Of a stretch of DNA of 64,000 bases, positions 1 through 11,074 are shown piece after piece (within the stretch, counting starts at the first letter, position 1; the number at the start of each line of letters is the position of its first letter). The position numbers were made by a program, and so were the translations under genes. This stretch comes from Mobula birostris (lineage: Eukaryota): contig NC_092379.1 in NCBI RefSeq assembly GCF_030028105.1, forward strand, positions 21,057,309 through 21,121,308, read 5' to 3'. The notes beneath the pieces were generated by a model. That model did no database searches, was not told where the DNA came from, and saw only the letters and a program-made list of their open reading frames with translations.

Positions 1-663
1 TGACACTTTGAATTCGATGCGACATGGAGCTCAGAAGCCGAACAGCATGGGGAAAGAAATTGTTTCAGATCCTGACCGTTCTTGTTCTTATGCATCGTCG
101 TCTTCTGCCTGATGGTAGAAAGTCAAAGGATGCTGGATGGATGAGTGGGATCCTTAATAATACTAAGGGCTCTGTGTATGCAGCGTCCCTGATAAATTCC
201 CCCGATGGATGGTCGGGAGACCCCTTTGATCCTCTCAGCGACAGAGTCTTTTGTGGGGAATTCCTGTCCGATGATCGACTACTCCCATACCAGATGGAAC
301 TGCAACTTGTCAGGAAGCTCTCAACGGTGCTCCTGTAAAATCAGCTAAGATGTGAGGGAGCCTGGTGGCTTCAATCTGTTTAGAAAGTGGAGGCACTGCT
401 GTGCATTCTTGCTCAGGGAAGTGATATTAAGAGCCCAGGTGGGGTCATCCATGATATGAACTTCCAGGAACTTGGTGCAGGTAACTCTCTCTACGGAGGT
501 GCCATGTATTCTGGAGGGGGGTGGTTTGTCTGCACCTTCCTGCAGTCCACAATGATTTCCTTTGTCTTCTTCAGAGTTAGGTTGTTCTCACACCAATCCA
601 CCAGCCGCTCCACTTCCTCTCTATACTCCGTCTTGTCATCGTTCTTGATGAAGCCAACCATTT
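1..663 (-). mobile_element. Rex1/Babar-like non-LTR retrotransposon, 3' part of RT, decayed
   Basis: The reverse strand reads MVGFIKNDDKTEYREEVERLVDWCENNL..KKTKEIIVD and, near the window start, NNFFPHAVRLL. These are typical post-YADD and C-terminal motifs of fish Rex1/Babar RTs. Frameshifted. Confidence 0.7.
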
Positions 664-939
664 AAAAACTGGTTTGGCCCGTTTGTATGTTGAAAATCAA
701 CATGGTGGTGGAATTCAGGCACGACTGTTTTTAGGTTCGCATGGTTAAATTCACCAGGGTGTTTGACGAATTATTGCAGTTGTTCCGTTAAATCAGCTGG
801 AAAAACTGTGAGTATCAGGACTAGTAACCTGTCAGCACAGTCCCTGCAGCACCAACCAACTACCAACCGATCTTTTCGAAGGTCTGGGATATAATTGCAC
901 ATTCAAAACCCAAGCTGAAGCGCGGAGGGGAAGATTGAT

Positions 940-1370
940 AAGCTGTGATTGGAGGATCGGCCGTCACATGGTGGGAGGGGGTTGGGAGCTGTTGGGGGCG
1001 CGAATTTGATTCCTAATGGTCAGCGCCCGAGTGTGGAGTTGGGGAACACAAGATACAGCGAAAGTTCTGACTGGAGGGACGGCCAGAAGGTGACATACGG
1101 CCTCCTCCGACTCGCACTTGTCAGAGGCTCTGGGCGCTGATTAGTCTCCCGGTGCCCGCGCGCGGCAAAGGCTCCGTTCGCGAGCGCGGGATGAGGCTCC
1201 GATTGGTTGACGGGTGAGCGCACGTGACGAGGCGTCGAGCGCGCGCATCCCTCCGACAGCGCAACCGCGAGCGGCGGGAGAAAGGAGGCGCCAGCGCTCA
1301 GCTTTCGTGTCCGGTAGTCCGCAGTCCGTGAGTGGAGGAGTCTGAGGGTGGGCTCAACGGCCAACGGAAC
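940..1370. promoter_or_regulatory. CpG-island-like promoter, possibly bidirectional
   Basis: Dense CpG/GC content against AT-rich flanks. Inverted CCAAT (GATTGG at 1201), E-box CACGTG (1221-1226), GCGCGCGCAT. Donor-like GTGAGT on + at 1328 and GTATGT on - at 1098. No attached coding exon identified. Confidence 0.5.
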
Positions 1371-2271
1371 AACATGTCAAAGGTTTCAAACGTACATTTA
1401 ATTTCAATGTATACAATATACGTCCTGAAATGCTTTTTCTTTGCAACCACCCATGAAAAACGGAGTGCCCCAAAGAATGGACGACAGTTGAATGTGAGAA
1501 CCACAAAGTAACCCTCCAGCTCCCCTCCCTCCTGTGCGTAACGATCCAAGCAACGATCTTCCCTCCCTCACCGGCAACAAAAGCATCGGCACCTGCCACC
1601 GAGCACTCAAGTGTGAGCAGAGCAACAGTAAAGACGTAGACTTGCAGTGCTCCAAAGACTGCATTGTTCACCCGTCATTCGACATACCACAGGCTCTCTC
1701 TCTCCCTGATAAGTGAGTAAGAACTGTCTCTGTTTCACAGCGAGAGGGGAGACATAATAAACAACTCGCTAATTTACGATGTTAAAAATCTGTTGCTTCG
1801 CTTTTTTCGAGCTCTTGGTCCAAAGATCTCAGGTCTCTGGGCACACAGCCGTAGATTTTGCGACTCCCCCGACGACATACGGATCTCCTGTCGTGACCCT
1901 AACTTACGATCTGCCCGTCTCTAGAGCCCCGAGATCCCTGGCCTCCGAATGCGAGCTGAAATCAAGGCTAAGCCCTTGGTGTGCCAAACAGCGACCAGTT
2001 GTAAAACCACAAGAGCGAGTCCCATTCCCACAAAGAACCGTAATTAGCCTATAACGCCAGGTCACGGTCTTCAAAAGAACTCAGAAAGGGAAAATTAGAG
2101 ATATTAAGGATGTAAATAGAGCTGTTTCTGAAGATGCAAGCAAAGGGGTCCCCATGAGACGCCATTAACCCTCCTAAATTCCACTGCAGGATAAGGGGAG
2201 AGGCAGGGCTGTGAAACTTGTTGGTTTCCTCATGTATCAGACGAATATTTCAATGGTTCCATTTAATAGAA

Positions 2272-2545
2272 ACATAGAAAACCTGTAGCACAATACAAGC
2301 TCTTCGGCCCACAAAGTTGTGTCGAACGTGTCCCTACCTTAGAAATTACTAGGGTTACCCATAGCCCTCTAATTTTTCTAAACTTCATGTACCTATCCAA
2401 AAGTATCTTAAAAGACCCTATCATATCCGCCTCCACCACCGTTGTCAGCAGCCCATTCCACGCACTCACCACTCTCTGCATAAAAAACTTACCCCTGACA
2501 TCTCTTCTGTACATACTCCCAAGCACCTTAAACCTGTGCCCTCTT
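2272..2545 (-). mobile_element. CR1 LINE 3' end fragment
   Basis: The reverse strand encodes RGHRFKVLGSMYRRDVRGKFFMQRVVSAWNGL followed by the TTTCTATGTTTCTA tail. The same 3' end recurs at about 20820 and 56000. Confidence 0.8.
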
Positions 2546-3936
2546 GTTAATATTAGAGAATGTATACAACATATAACCTGCAACTCTTACTCTCTGCAGA
2601 CATCCTCAAAACAGAAGAAACACCCCAAAGAATAAATGACAGAAAAAACATAAGAACTCCGAATCCCCTTGCCCTTCCCACACACAAGCAGCATCAACCC
2701 CTCCATCCTCTCCCCACTTATTCCAGCATAAAAGCATCAGCATTCCTACCACTCACCATGCAAACAAAAGCAAAGACCCCAAAGAGAGATCATAGTCTGT
2801 AGTCCACCAAAAACTAACTGTTCACTCCAACACCCACTCCAGCCGAACACTAGCAGGAAAAGAGGAATCAATCATCATAAGGGTGAGCAGAAGACACAGG
2901 AGACTGCAGGTGCTGGAATCTGGGGCAACAAACAGTCTACTGGATAAACTTGAACAGTGTTTGTGGGTGGAGGAATATGGTGCAGGCACAGAGCGCATGT
3001 GAACAATCTGAGCTGAATGGGCAGTTCAGAGAGCACGTGATGGATGGGAGTGGTGGTGCATGAAATAGCCAATGCCCGGAGCGTGGCAGGGCATGGAAAA
3101 GAGCGATAGGAGTGAGAAGAATAGGTCAGACAACATCTGTGGAGATAGAGAAAATGGTTTTATATGACAGTTTGGTGAATCTTCTTCATCAAAGCTAGAC
3201 ACTTTTGTTACAAACTGGAATGGCTAGTTATTTGAAATTGTGATGATATCTCTGAGACCCAGGTGCTGGAATGTGCCTAATTAGGAGATATGATGCTCCT
3301 CAAGCTGCACCTGTAGACGTCAAAGTGAGGATGATCAGAGCGGGGTGTTGAATTCACTTGAGGTAAAGTGAAATCTGTCAGAATAAAGAATTCTTGAAAG
3401 CAGCTGCTGTCTTTGTGGTTTCCCAGTGCAGAGGAGGCCACATCCTAAACAGGGGATCAAATACAGTAATACTGAGATGTGCAAATGAAGCACCTGAAAG
3501 GAGCCTGTACATTTTTGGGAGTTGGGATGGAAACAAGTTATAAAGACAGTTGTTTGATCTCCTGCAGTTCTGAGAAGGACAACAAATGTTATACAGACAC
3601 AACTGATCAATGCAGAAGAGTGAATTGAGGAGCTGTCGAAGAAAGACTGTCATTCGATTGTTACATGGAGGCGGGGTAGATTTGTCTATCAATAGCATTA
3701 CCTTGGAGGGTGGAAATGACAGAGAATTATAAATGAATTGTGGGTGCTTGTGGGCCTACTGATGAGTGGGAGGTGATAATGGAGTGAGAGCTGAAGTGCT
3801 ATAAGTGGAAAAGACATGGTTGAGAGTTTGGCCAACTATGATGGAGGAGAAGCCATGTTTTACAGAATTCCTTGATGTATGAATTGGGAGATGGACACGG
3901 TGAGTGGAACTGTGATAGATCATTGTATGATTGGTG

Positions 3937-5237
3937 TGTCATGGTCCGGTCCATGGTGTCCGCATTCCGGTTCATAGTCCGGTCCATCGATCCTTATTCC
4001 ATGTTTTCCAGTTTACCCTTGTTCTGTTGGGGTGCCTCAGTTGAGGCACCTGATTCTCATTTTGGGCTGGCTACATACATAGCTCCTGGTTTCAGCTTCA
4101 TGGGCTGGTCTGTTCTCTTCCTTTCCCCTTCCTTCTGAAGCCCTGCCTGCAACCTTACCTGAAGCATCGCCTGCAACCTCGCCTGCGTCTTTGCCTGTAA
4201 CGCCGTCAAGTTCAGCCGCTGGAGAAAGACTAGGGCCTTACTGTGTCAAAATAAGGAACAGTCTGTCATTGTTTGGAATTGTCTCTTTGTGTCCTCGCCT
4301 TCGCTAGGTAGGTCCAGCCGTTTGCCGCTACCTTCTGTAGGGAACCATATTTTTGTGTCATTTCCTTCGCTAGGTAGGTCTGGCTGTTTGCCGCTACCTT
4401 GTGTTGGGAACAGTCTCTTTGTGTCCTCGCCTCTGCTGGGTAGGTCTGGCTGTTTGCCGCTACCCTGAGTGGAGAACTGTCTCTTCATGTTCAGTGTACT
4501 GTGTATAGAAAACGCTGCGGTCCTTGGTCCTGTTCCCAAGGAGGGGGTCCTGGCTCTGTGTGCTGTGTATGAGTCCCGGCCCTACGTCCTGCTCCCGAGG
4601 AGGGGTCCCGGCTCTGTGTTCCATGAACCTGAGTTCCAAGTACAAGGCGCCAAGATTCCTGAGTTTCAAGTCCAAAGCTCCGAGGTTCCTTTTTCCCAAG
4701 ATGAAGTCAAGGCTTCGTGTTCTCATCCTGTCCATGTGTCTTGCCCTGTCCATGTGCCTCGCCCGGCCCCGGAGTACCTCACCCAGCCCAGTGCTGGAGA
4801 TCCCTCGTCCTATCCAGGAGTCTCTTATCCTGTCCAAGATATGTCCAAGCACCTCGTCCTGTGCTGGTGTACCTCATCCTGTCCTGCAGCCACGTCCAGT
4901 CCTGTAGCCTACCCACGTCCAGACCTGTAGCTCTGTCTTGTCCTCGCCTAGATCCGGGGTCCGAGCCCGAGTCAAGACCCAGGTTTCTGGTCCCTGTCCA
5001 GTCTCTGGCTCGGAGTCCTAGCCCAGGCTCCTTGTTCCTAGTTCCTTGTCCGGGTTCCTTGTTTCTTGTTCATGTCCTCGCTCAGGCCCTGTATCCTAGT
5101 CTCGTTCAGGGCCGGTGTCAATGTCCAACATCCTTTCTTCCCCACTTCCCTTGCTTTTTGACACACTGAGTCCTGTTCCTAGTATTTCAGTGTCTGTGTC
5201 TTGCATTTGGGTCCTCTCCCAGTGCCCCCTTATGACA
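3937..5237. mobile_element. LTR-like element (TGTCA...TGACA termini), probable solo LTR, with internal tandem repeats
   Basis: Starts TGTCA at 3937 and ends TGACA at 5237, and is internally repetitive. No clear TSD seen. The listed ORFs here are low-complexity artefacts. Confidence 0.5.
4281..4490 (+). repeat. 66-bp tandem repeat, about 3 copies, inside the LTR-like element
   Basis: The unit GTCTCTTTGTGTCCTCGCCTTCGCTAGGTAGGTC..GCCGCTACC..GGGAAC recurs at 4281, 4347, 4413 and partially at 4479. Confidence 0.85.
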
Positions 5238-5239
5238 AG

Positions 5240-6340
5240 GAGGGGATGTTGCCCTTTTGATAATGGAGGACATAGCAGTGATTAGAGAGCATATTCCTGA
5301 GGGGTCATCTAATGAGGACATTAGAGTAGAACTTAGAATTAAGAAGGGGATGGTCAACTTGATCAGGCTTCCACAGCAGTGGGAACTTGAGGAGCAGACG
5401 TGTGGAGAAATTTCACATAATTGTGAGAATAGAAGAGAAGTGCTCAAAAGAAGTATCAAATTTCCTGATGTCACCTGGGTCACCCAGAGTGCAAAAGGCC
5501 TGGATGGGGAAGAATTTGTGTGAGGAGTCCAAGACAGTGTCCTCACACATTGTATAGAGGAAACTATTTGGGAAGGAGTAATACTAAATCTCCTATTAGG
5601 CAAAAGGTGGGCCAAGTGACTGAAGTGTAAGTTGAGGAGTCCATCGACCACAACTCCATTAATTTAAAAAAAGTGAAAAAAAAAAGAGAGCCACAGGATT
5701 TATCATTTTCCTATAGGATAGGTCCACATGGTAATGCCCTTAATTGGAGCAGGGCCAACTGAAGGAATTAGGCAGGTCCTCCTGAAGGGTCTCCAGCATT
5801 TTGTGTGTGTTGCTTAAATTAGGCAGGATCTAGCTGGACTTGACTGAGTGACTCTATTTAAAGATAAAGAAATAGTTGTTAAGTGGGAGATTTTTTAAAG
5901 GATGATACAAACAGTCCAGGCAGCATTTTCCCGTGAGTGTGAATGGTAGGGATACCTCATAAAGGAAACCCTGGCTGACAAACAATATCACACCTCTGGT
6001 AAAGAAAAAGAAGAAAGTGTACAAACTGTTTAGCCAGCTAGGTGTGAATGAGTCCCTCAATGAATATAAAAAAAAAGTTTAAGACCAAACATAAGGGGGA
6101 AATCAGGAGGGCAAAAAGAAGGTATGAGATAAATTTGGCACACAAGGTTCATCAGCTACCTTAACAGTAAAAGGTTGACTATGGAGAGACTGTATTCTTT
6201 GAAAGACCATCACGATCACCTATGTGTTTAATTATGAGAGGAAGCAAAGGGTAATGGTTGAAGGTCGATTCTCTGACTAGAGGAATGTGACTAGAGGTCA
6301 CCAGGTGTCATTGTTGGGACCACTGTTATTGACCGTTTGT
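5240..6340 (+). mobile_element. Highly decayed CR1 ORF2 fragments (endonuclease and RT pieces)
   Basis: GGDVALLIMEDIAVIRE..VELRIKKGMVNL (CR1 endonuclease-like), followed by LNWSRA, PWLT and VTRGH.VSLLGPLL remnants with many stops. Confidence 0.6.
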
Positions 6341-6479
6341 GTAAATTATTTGGAATGTGAATGTACAAGGAACAATTAGCAAGTTTGCTGATACTGAATG
6401 AGGAGGTCTTGTTGATAGTGAAGCAGGTTACATTGATTTGTAAAAAGATCTTGATCTGTTCGAGAGCTGGGCTAAGCAT

Positions 6480-6720
6480 GAGACCAAACAAAATCTTTAC
6501 ATCCATAAAACCAAATTCAGACTCACCGACTGCTTTGCTGACCATCTGTGCTCCAATGTCCATGGCATCTGAAGATCTCCATTCCCATTTTAACTCCCCT
6601 CCACATTCCCACTCCCAAAGTAAGGCCAAAAGGAAATTAGAGGCATAACATGCTCATATTCTGCCTAGGTGGCCTACAACCCAACAGAATAATCATTGAG
6701 TTCTTCAACTTTCATTAATA
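6480..6720 (+). mobile_element. Penelope-like element 3' fragment (GIY-YIG region)
   Basis: Degenerate match to the Penelope 3' end at 30830-31100 (HFNSPPHSHS..AKRKLEA, CTAGGTGGCCTACAACCC..ATTGAGTTCTTCAACTTTC). Confidence 0.6.
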
Positions 6721-7404
6721 TGCCCCCCGTTCTGTCCCTTTCTATGTCCTCCTGGTCTACCTAGTTCTTACTACACTCATCCAAGCAGCGACCCCACCAC
6801 CAACTCTTGATCACACTGTTTCCATCCCCTCCTGCACTTACTTCAACTGTCCATCACTCACACACTTCTGCTGCTGAGTCTTCTCCCCACCGTTGTTCTC
6901 ATTTGTCCACTCACCTCCCTAATTTGGATCTACCTTCCATTCCTATCGGATTTCGTCATCTACAGCCTGTTGTTGCCCCCACCTACCTTGTACGAGTTCT
7001 CAGGTGGATTCACCTATCAATAACCAGCTCTTGCTTTGTCTGCCCTCCACACTTGCAGCCCAGATGCAAGGTCTCGACATGCAACAAAAACTGCACCCCC
7101 CCCACCACCACAGCAGTGCTGTCAAGCCTGCTCAGTTTCTCCAGCAGTTTGTTTTAAGTCAACTTTAAATCCAATCTCTCATGTCTCCATGTGTTCCATG
7201 AGTCTGTATCTTCTGGATCAGTTTACCATGTGTGATGACATCTGGGACCTCACTGGTACAGTCAAAACCCTTCGGCAGGACTGGGTTTCGGCCCGAAACA
7301 TTGACCATACCATTTCCCATGGATGCTGTCTGGCCTGCTGAATTTCTCCTGCATTTTGTGTGTGTTGCTTGGATTTCCAGCATCTGCAGATTTTCTCGTT
7401 TGTA

Positions 7405-8045
7405 TCAAGCAAACTTTACTTCCTGAGAAAACTAAAGAAATTTGGCCTATCCCCTAAAACTCTCACTAATTTTTATAGATGCACTGTAGAAAGCACTCTT
7501 CTAGGGTGCATCACAACCTGGTATGGAAGTTGCCTTGTTCAAGACCGATAGAAGCTGCAGAAGATCGTGAACACGGTGCAGCACATCACACAAACCAATC
7601 TTCCGTCCTTGGACTCACTTTACATCTCACGCTGTCGGAGCAGTGCTGCCAGGATAATCAAGGACACAACCACCCAGCCAACACACTTTTCATCCCCCTT
7701 CCCTCTGGGAGAAGACTCAGGAGCTTGAAGACTCATACAGCCAGATTTGGGAACAACTTCTTTCCAACTGTGATAAGACTGCTGAACGGATCCTGACCTG
7801 GATCTGGGCCATACCATCAAAATATCCGGACCTGCCTCTCCGTTTTTTTGCACTACCTTACTTTCCATTTTTCTATATTCTATTTATGATTATAATTTAT
7901 ATTTTTAATATTTACTAATTTTTGCTATTTTTAATATTCTTAATATTTAATATTTGTAGTCCAGGGAGTGGGAAGTGCAGAATCAAATATCGCTGTGATG
8001 ATTTACATTCTAGTACCAATTGTTTGGCGACAATAAAGTATAAAG
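7405..8045 (+). mobile_element. Rex1/Babar-like LINE 3' end
   Basis: LYFLRKLKKFGLSPKTLTNFYRCTVES.LLGCITTWYG and PLPSGRRLRSLKTHTARFGNNFFPTVIRLLN, then an AT-rich 3' UTR ending CAATAAAGTATAAAG. Confidence 0.8.
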
Positions 8046-8689
8046 CAGCAGTGCCATGGCCTCTTGATCATCATGGAGAGTGGAGGTAAGAGTAAGATGA
8101 AATTTTTCTTCTCTGCATTCAATTTTGAATCTTAAAATGTCTAATTTCCTCAGCTCTGGTGAAAGGCTTGCGATATTAGGTTGTTTCTCTCTCCACAGTT
8201 ACTGCCTGTTCTGTAATTTCAACAGGTTTTATCTCTTATTTGCAACGTGTAGTTATTTGTCCCTCAGTGATGATTTCATTCTTCTTGTTGGAGTTCTGAT
8301 GCCAATAATGTCTGAAGCTGATTTAATTTGAACTATTTGTTACCCTGAAATAATAACTGCTACCACTGGAGGTCAGAGGATCACCTCCAAATATTGAGCC
8401 TTGAGTTAAACTGACTGCTGTAGTAGTAACCGACAGTCTCTGGGTGTCAGTATAACAGCCAGGCACAGACACACTGCTAGATGGTGTGGGTGAAAAAGTG
8501 CACAGGAGGATTCCACTGTGCTAGGTGTTCCTGAGTCTGCAGGAGTTCTTCACATGACACCGCCATGTTGAAATATATCTTCCTTCCACATCCCAAATAC
8601 ATGCTTGTTTGTGGGTTAATTGGCCACTGTAAATTGCACGTGTCTGTATAATCAGAGAGTCAAGGAGGATCATGCAAACATAATCAGGA

Positions 8690-10260
8690 TCAGGTTTAAT
8701 ATCACCAGCATGTGTTGTGGCATTTGTTGATGTTACGGCAACAGAGCAGTGCAATGCATGATAATAATAGAAAAAAAAGAATTACAGTAAGTATATATAA
8801 TAGTTAAATTAAAAATAGTAGTGCAAAAACAGAAATAAAAAAGGTAGTGAAGTAGTGTTCATGGGTTTAATGTCTATTTAGGAATAGGATGGCAGTGGGG
8901 AAGAAGCTAAGTGTGTGCCTTCAGTGCCTTCAGGCTTCTGTACCTCCTTCCTGACGGTAACAATGAGAAGATGGCATAACCTGGGTGCTGAGGGTCCCTA
9001 ATAATGGATTCAGCCTTTCAGAGGGACCGCTCTTTGGAGATGTTTTGGATACTACAGAGGCTTGTACCCATGATGGAGCTGCTTATTTAACATTTTTCTG
9101 TAGCTTGCTTCGATCTTTTGCAGTAGCCTCCCCGCACCAGACAGTGGTGCAGCCTGCCAGAATGCTCTCCACGGTACATCTGCAGCAGTCTTTGATCATT
9201 TAGATGACAAACCAATCTCCTCAAACTCCAAGTGAAACATAGCCGCTGTCTTGACTTCTTTATAGCTGCATCGATATATTACGACCGGGTTAGATGCTCA
9301 GAGATCTTGACACCCGGGAATTTGAAATTGCTCACTCTCTCCACTTCAGATTCCTCTCTGAGAATTAGTTTGTGTTCCCTCCTCTTACCCTTTCTAAAGT
9401 TCACAATCAGATCTTGAGTGCAAGGTTGTTGCTGTGACACCATTCAACTAGCTGGTATATCTCACTCCTGTACACCCTCTCATCTCCATCTGAGATTCTG
9501 CCAACAATGGTTATAACATCAGCAAATTTATAGATAGCATTTAAGCTAAGTCTAAGCACATAGTCATGGGTATAGAGAGAGTAGAGCAGTTGGCTAAGCA
9601 CACATTCCTGAGGTGTGCCAGTGTTGACTGTCAGCTAGTAAGAGATGTTATTACCAATCGACACAGTTTGTGGATTGCTGGTTAGGAAGTCAAGGATCCA
9701 GTTACAGATGGGGGTTCAGAGGCCCATGTTTTGGAGATTTTCATTCAGAACTGGAGGAATGATGGTATTAAACACTGAGGCATAGTTAATGAACAGCCTC
9801 CCGACATAGTTATTTGTGTTGTCCAGGTGATCTAAGGCCACGTGGCGAGCCATTGAGATCACATCTGCTGTAGACCTATTGTGGCAATGGGCAAATTACA
9901 GTGGGTCCAGGTCCTTGCTGAGACAGGAGTTGATTCTAGCCATGACCAACCTCTCAAAGAATTTCATCGCCATAGATGTGAGTGTGACTGGACGATAGTC
10001 ATTAAGGCAGATCATGCTGCTCTTCTTGGGAACTGATATAATTGTTGCCCTTTTGAAGCAGGTGGAAACTTACAACAATAGCAGTGAGAGATCAAAAATG
10101 TCTTTGAATACATCCCCCAGTTGGTTGGCACAAGATTTCAGACCCTTACCAAGTACTCCATCAGGGCTTGCAACCTAATGAGGGCTCACCCTCCTGAAAG
10201 ATAGCCTGACGTTGCCTCTGAGACAGAGATCACTGGGTCACTGGGTGTAGCAGGGCCTTC
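8690..10260 (-). mobile_element. Rex1/Babar-like LINE fragment
   Basis: Minus-strand ORF LLYSLYTHDYV..IYKFADVITIVGRISDGDERVYRSEIYQLVEWCHSNNLAL (RT core, FADD-like). It interrupts copy A of a local duplication. Confidence 0.75.
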
Positions 10261-10661
10261 TGCCCAACTCGTCGATACCAACCAAGATGTCCATCCAAGC
10301 TGGTCACCTTGACAGCATTTTGAAGGAACATTTCCTCTCCATGTCCCTCTTCATTTTAGGCGATAAAATCACCACTCAATCTCCTGCAAGTCAGAGCTTT
10401 ACACCAGAGCTGACGAAGTTTGAGATTGTTGGACATTTAATAAACAAATACAGTAGCAGGTAAACATCCCATCTCACTTTTACATTGACTCTCCACAGTG
10501 ACTGTGACTCCAAGATACAAATTACATTTCTTGTAATGTGTATATTCACTCCAAAGAAAGCCCTAGCCTGGACAATCTCTCCCTTTTAAGTCAATCATGG
10601 CAACATCTTTGTAAGTCTTTTCTGCACTCTTTCCAGATCAATAACATAATTTCACCTAGAG

Positions 10662-11070
10662 CAGTGGTCCCCAACCACCGGGCCGCAAAGCATACGCCAG
10701 CGGTCCCTGACCACCGGGCCACAAAGCATCCGCTACCGGGCCGCGAGGAAACAATATGATTTGGCGATAGGAGTCAGCTGCACCTTTCCACATTCCCTGT
10801 CACGCCCACTGTTGAGCTTGAACGCACACGAGGTCATTACGCACGCGTCATCCATGTCAGCGCAGGAAGGAGATCAACTCCTCGAGCTTGCAACTGATGG
10901 CGTGCTGAAAAGTATGTTTGATATAACATCTCTGCCAGCATTCTGGATCAAAGTCAGGGCTAAATATCCTGAGATAGCCACGAAAGCACTGAAAACGTTG
11001 CTTCCATTTCCAACATTTTTCTGCGAAGCAGAGTTTTCTGCAATGAATGCAACGAAAACCAAATTCACCC
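10662..11070 (+). mobile_element. hAT (Charlie-like) non-autonomous DNA transposon, truncated by a CR1
   Basis: The terminus CAGTGGTCCCCAACC follows ACCTAGAG (Charlie-type CTAG target). The peptide LPAFWIKVRAKYPEIATKALKTLLPFPTFFCEAEFSAM matches the hAT C-terminal dimerisation domain. Confidence 0.75.
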
Positions 11071-11074
11071 TATA

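Noticed and set aside
4246-5169. Long ORFs of 97-153 aa on both strands
   Set aside because: They are overlapping Pro/Ser/Val-rich translations of tandemly repetitive LTR-like sequence with no protein family signal.
10360-10460. + strand LRR-like peptide in the duplicated unit (LRKLEIVRNLI in copy B)
   Set aside because: It is a single short match, the Asn is absent in copy A, copy B has a stop, and no periodic LRR exon array is present.
10495-10535. CACAGTG heptamers here and at about 16224, 21700, 21708, 26532 and 35504
   Set aside because: None has a credible nonamer at 12 or 23 bp, and none adjoins a V, D or J-like coding sequence.
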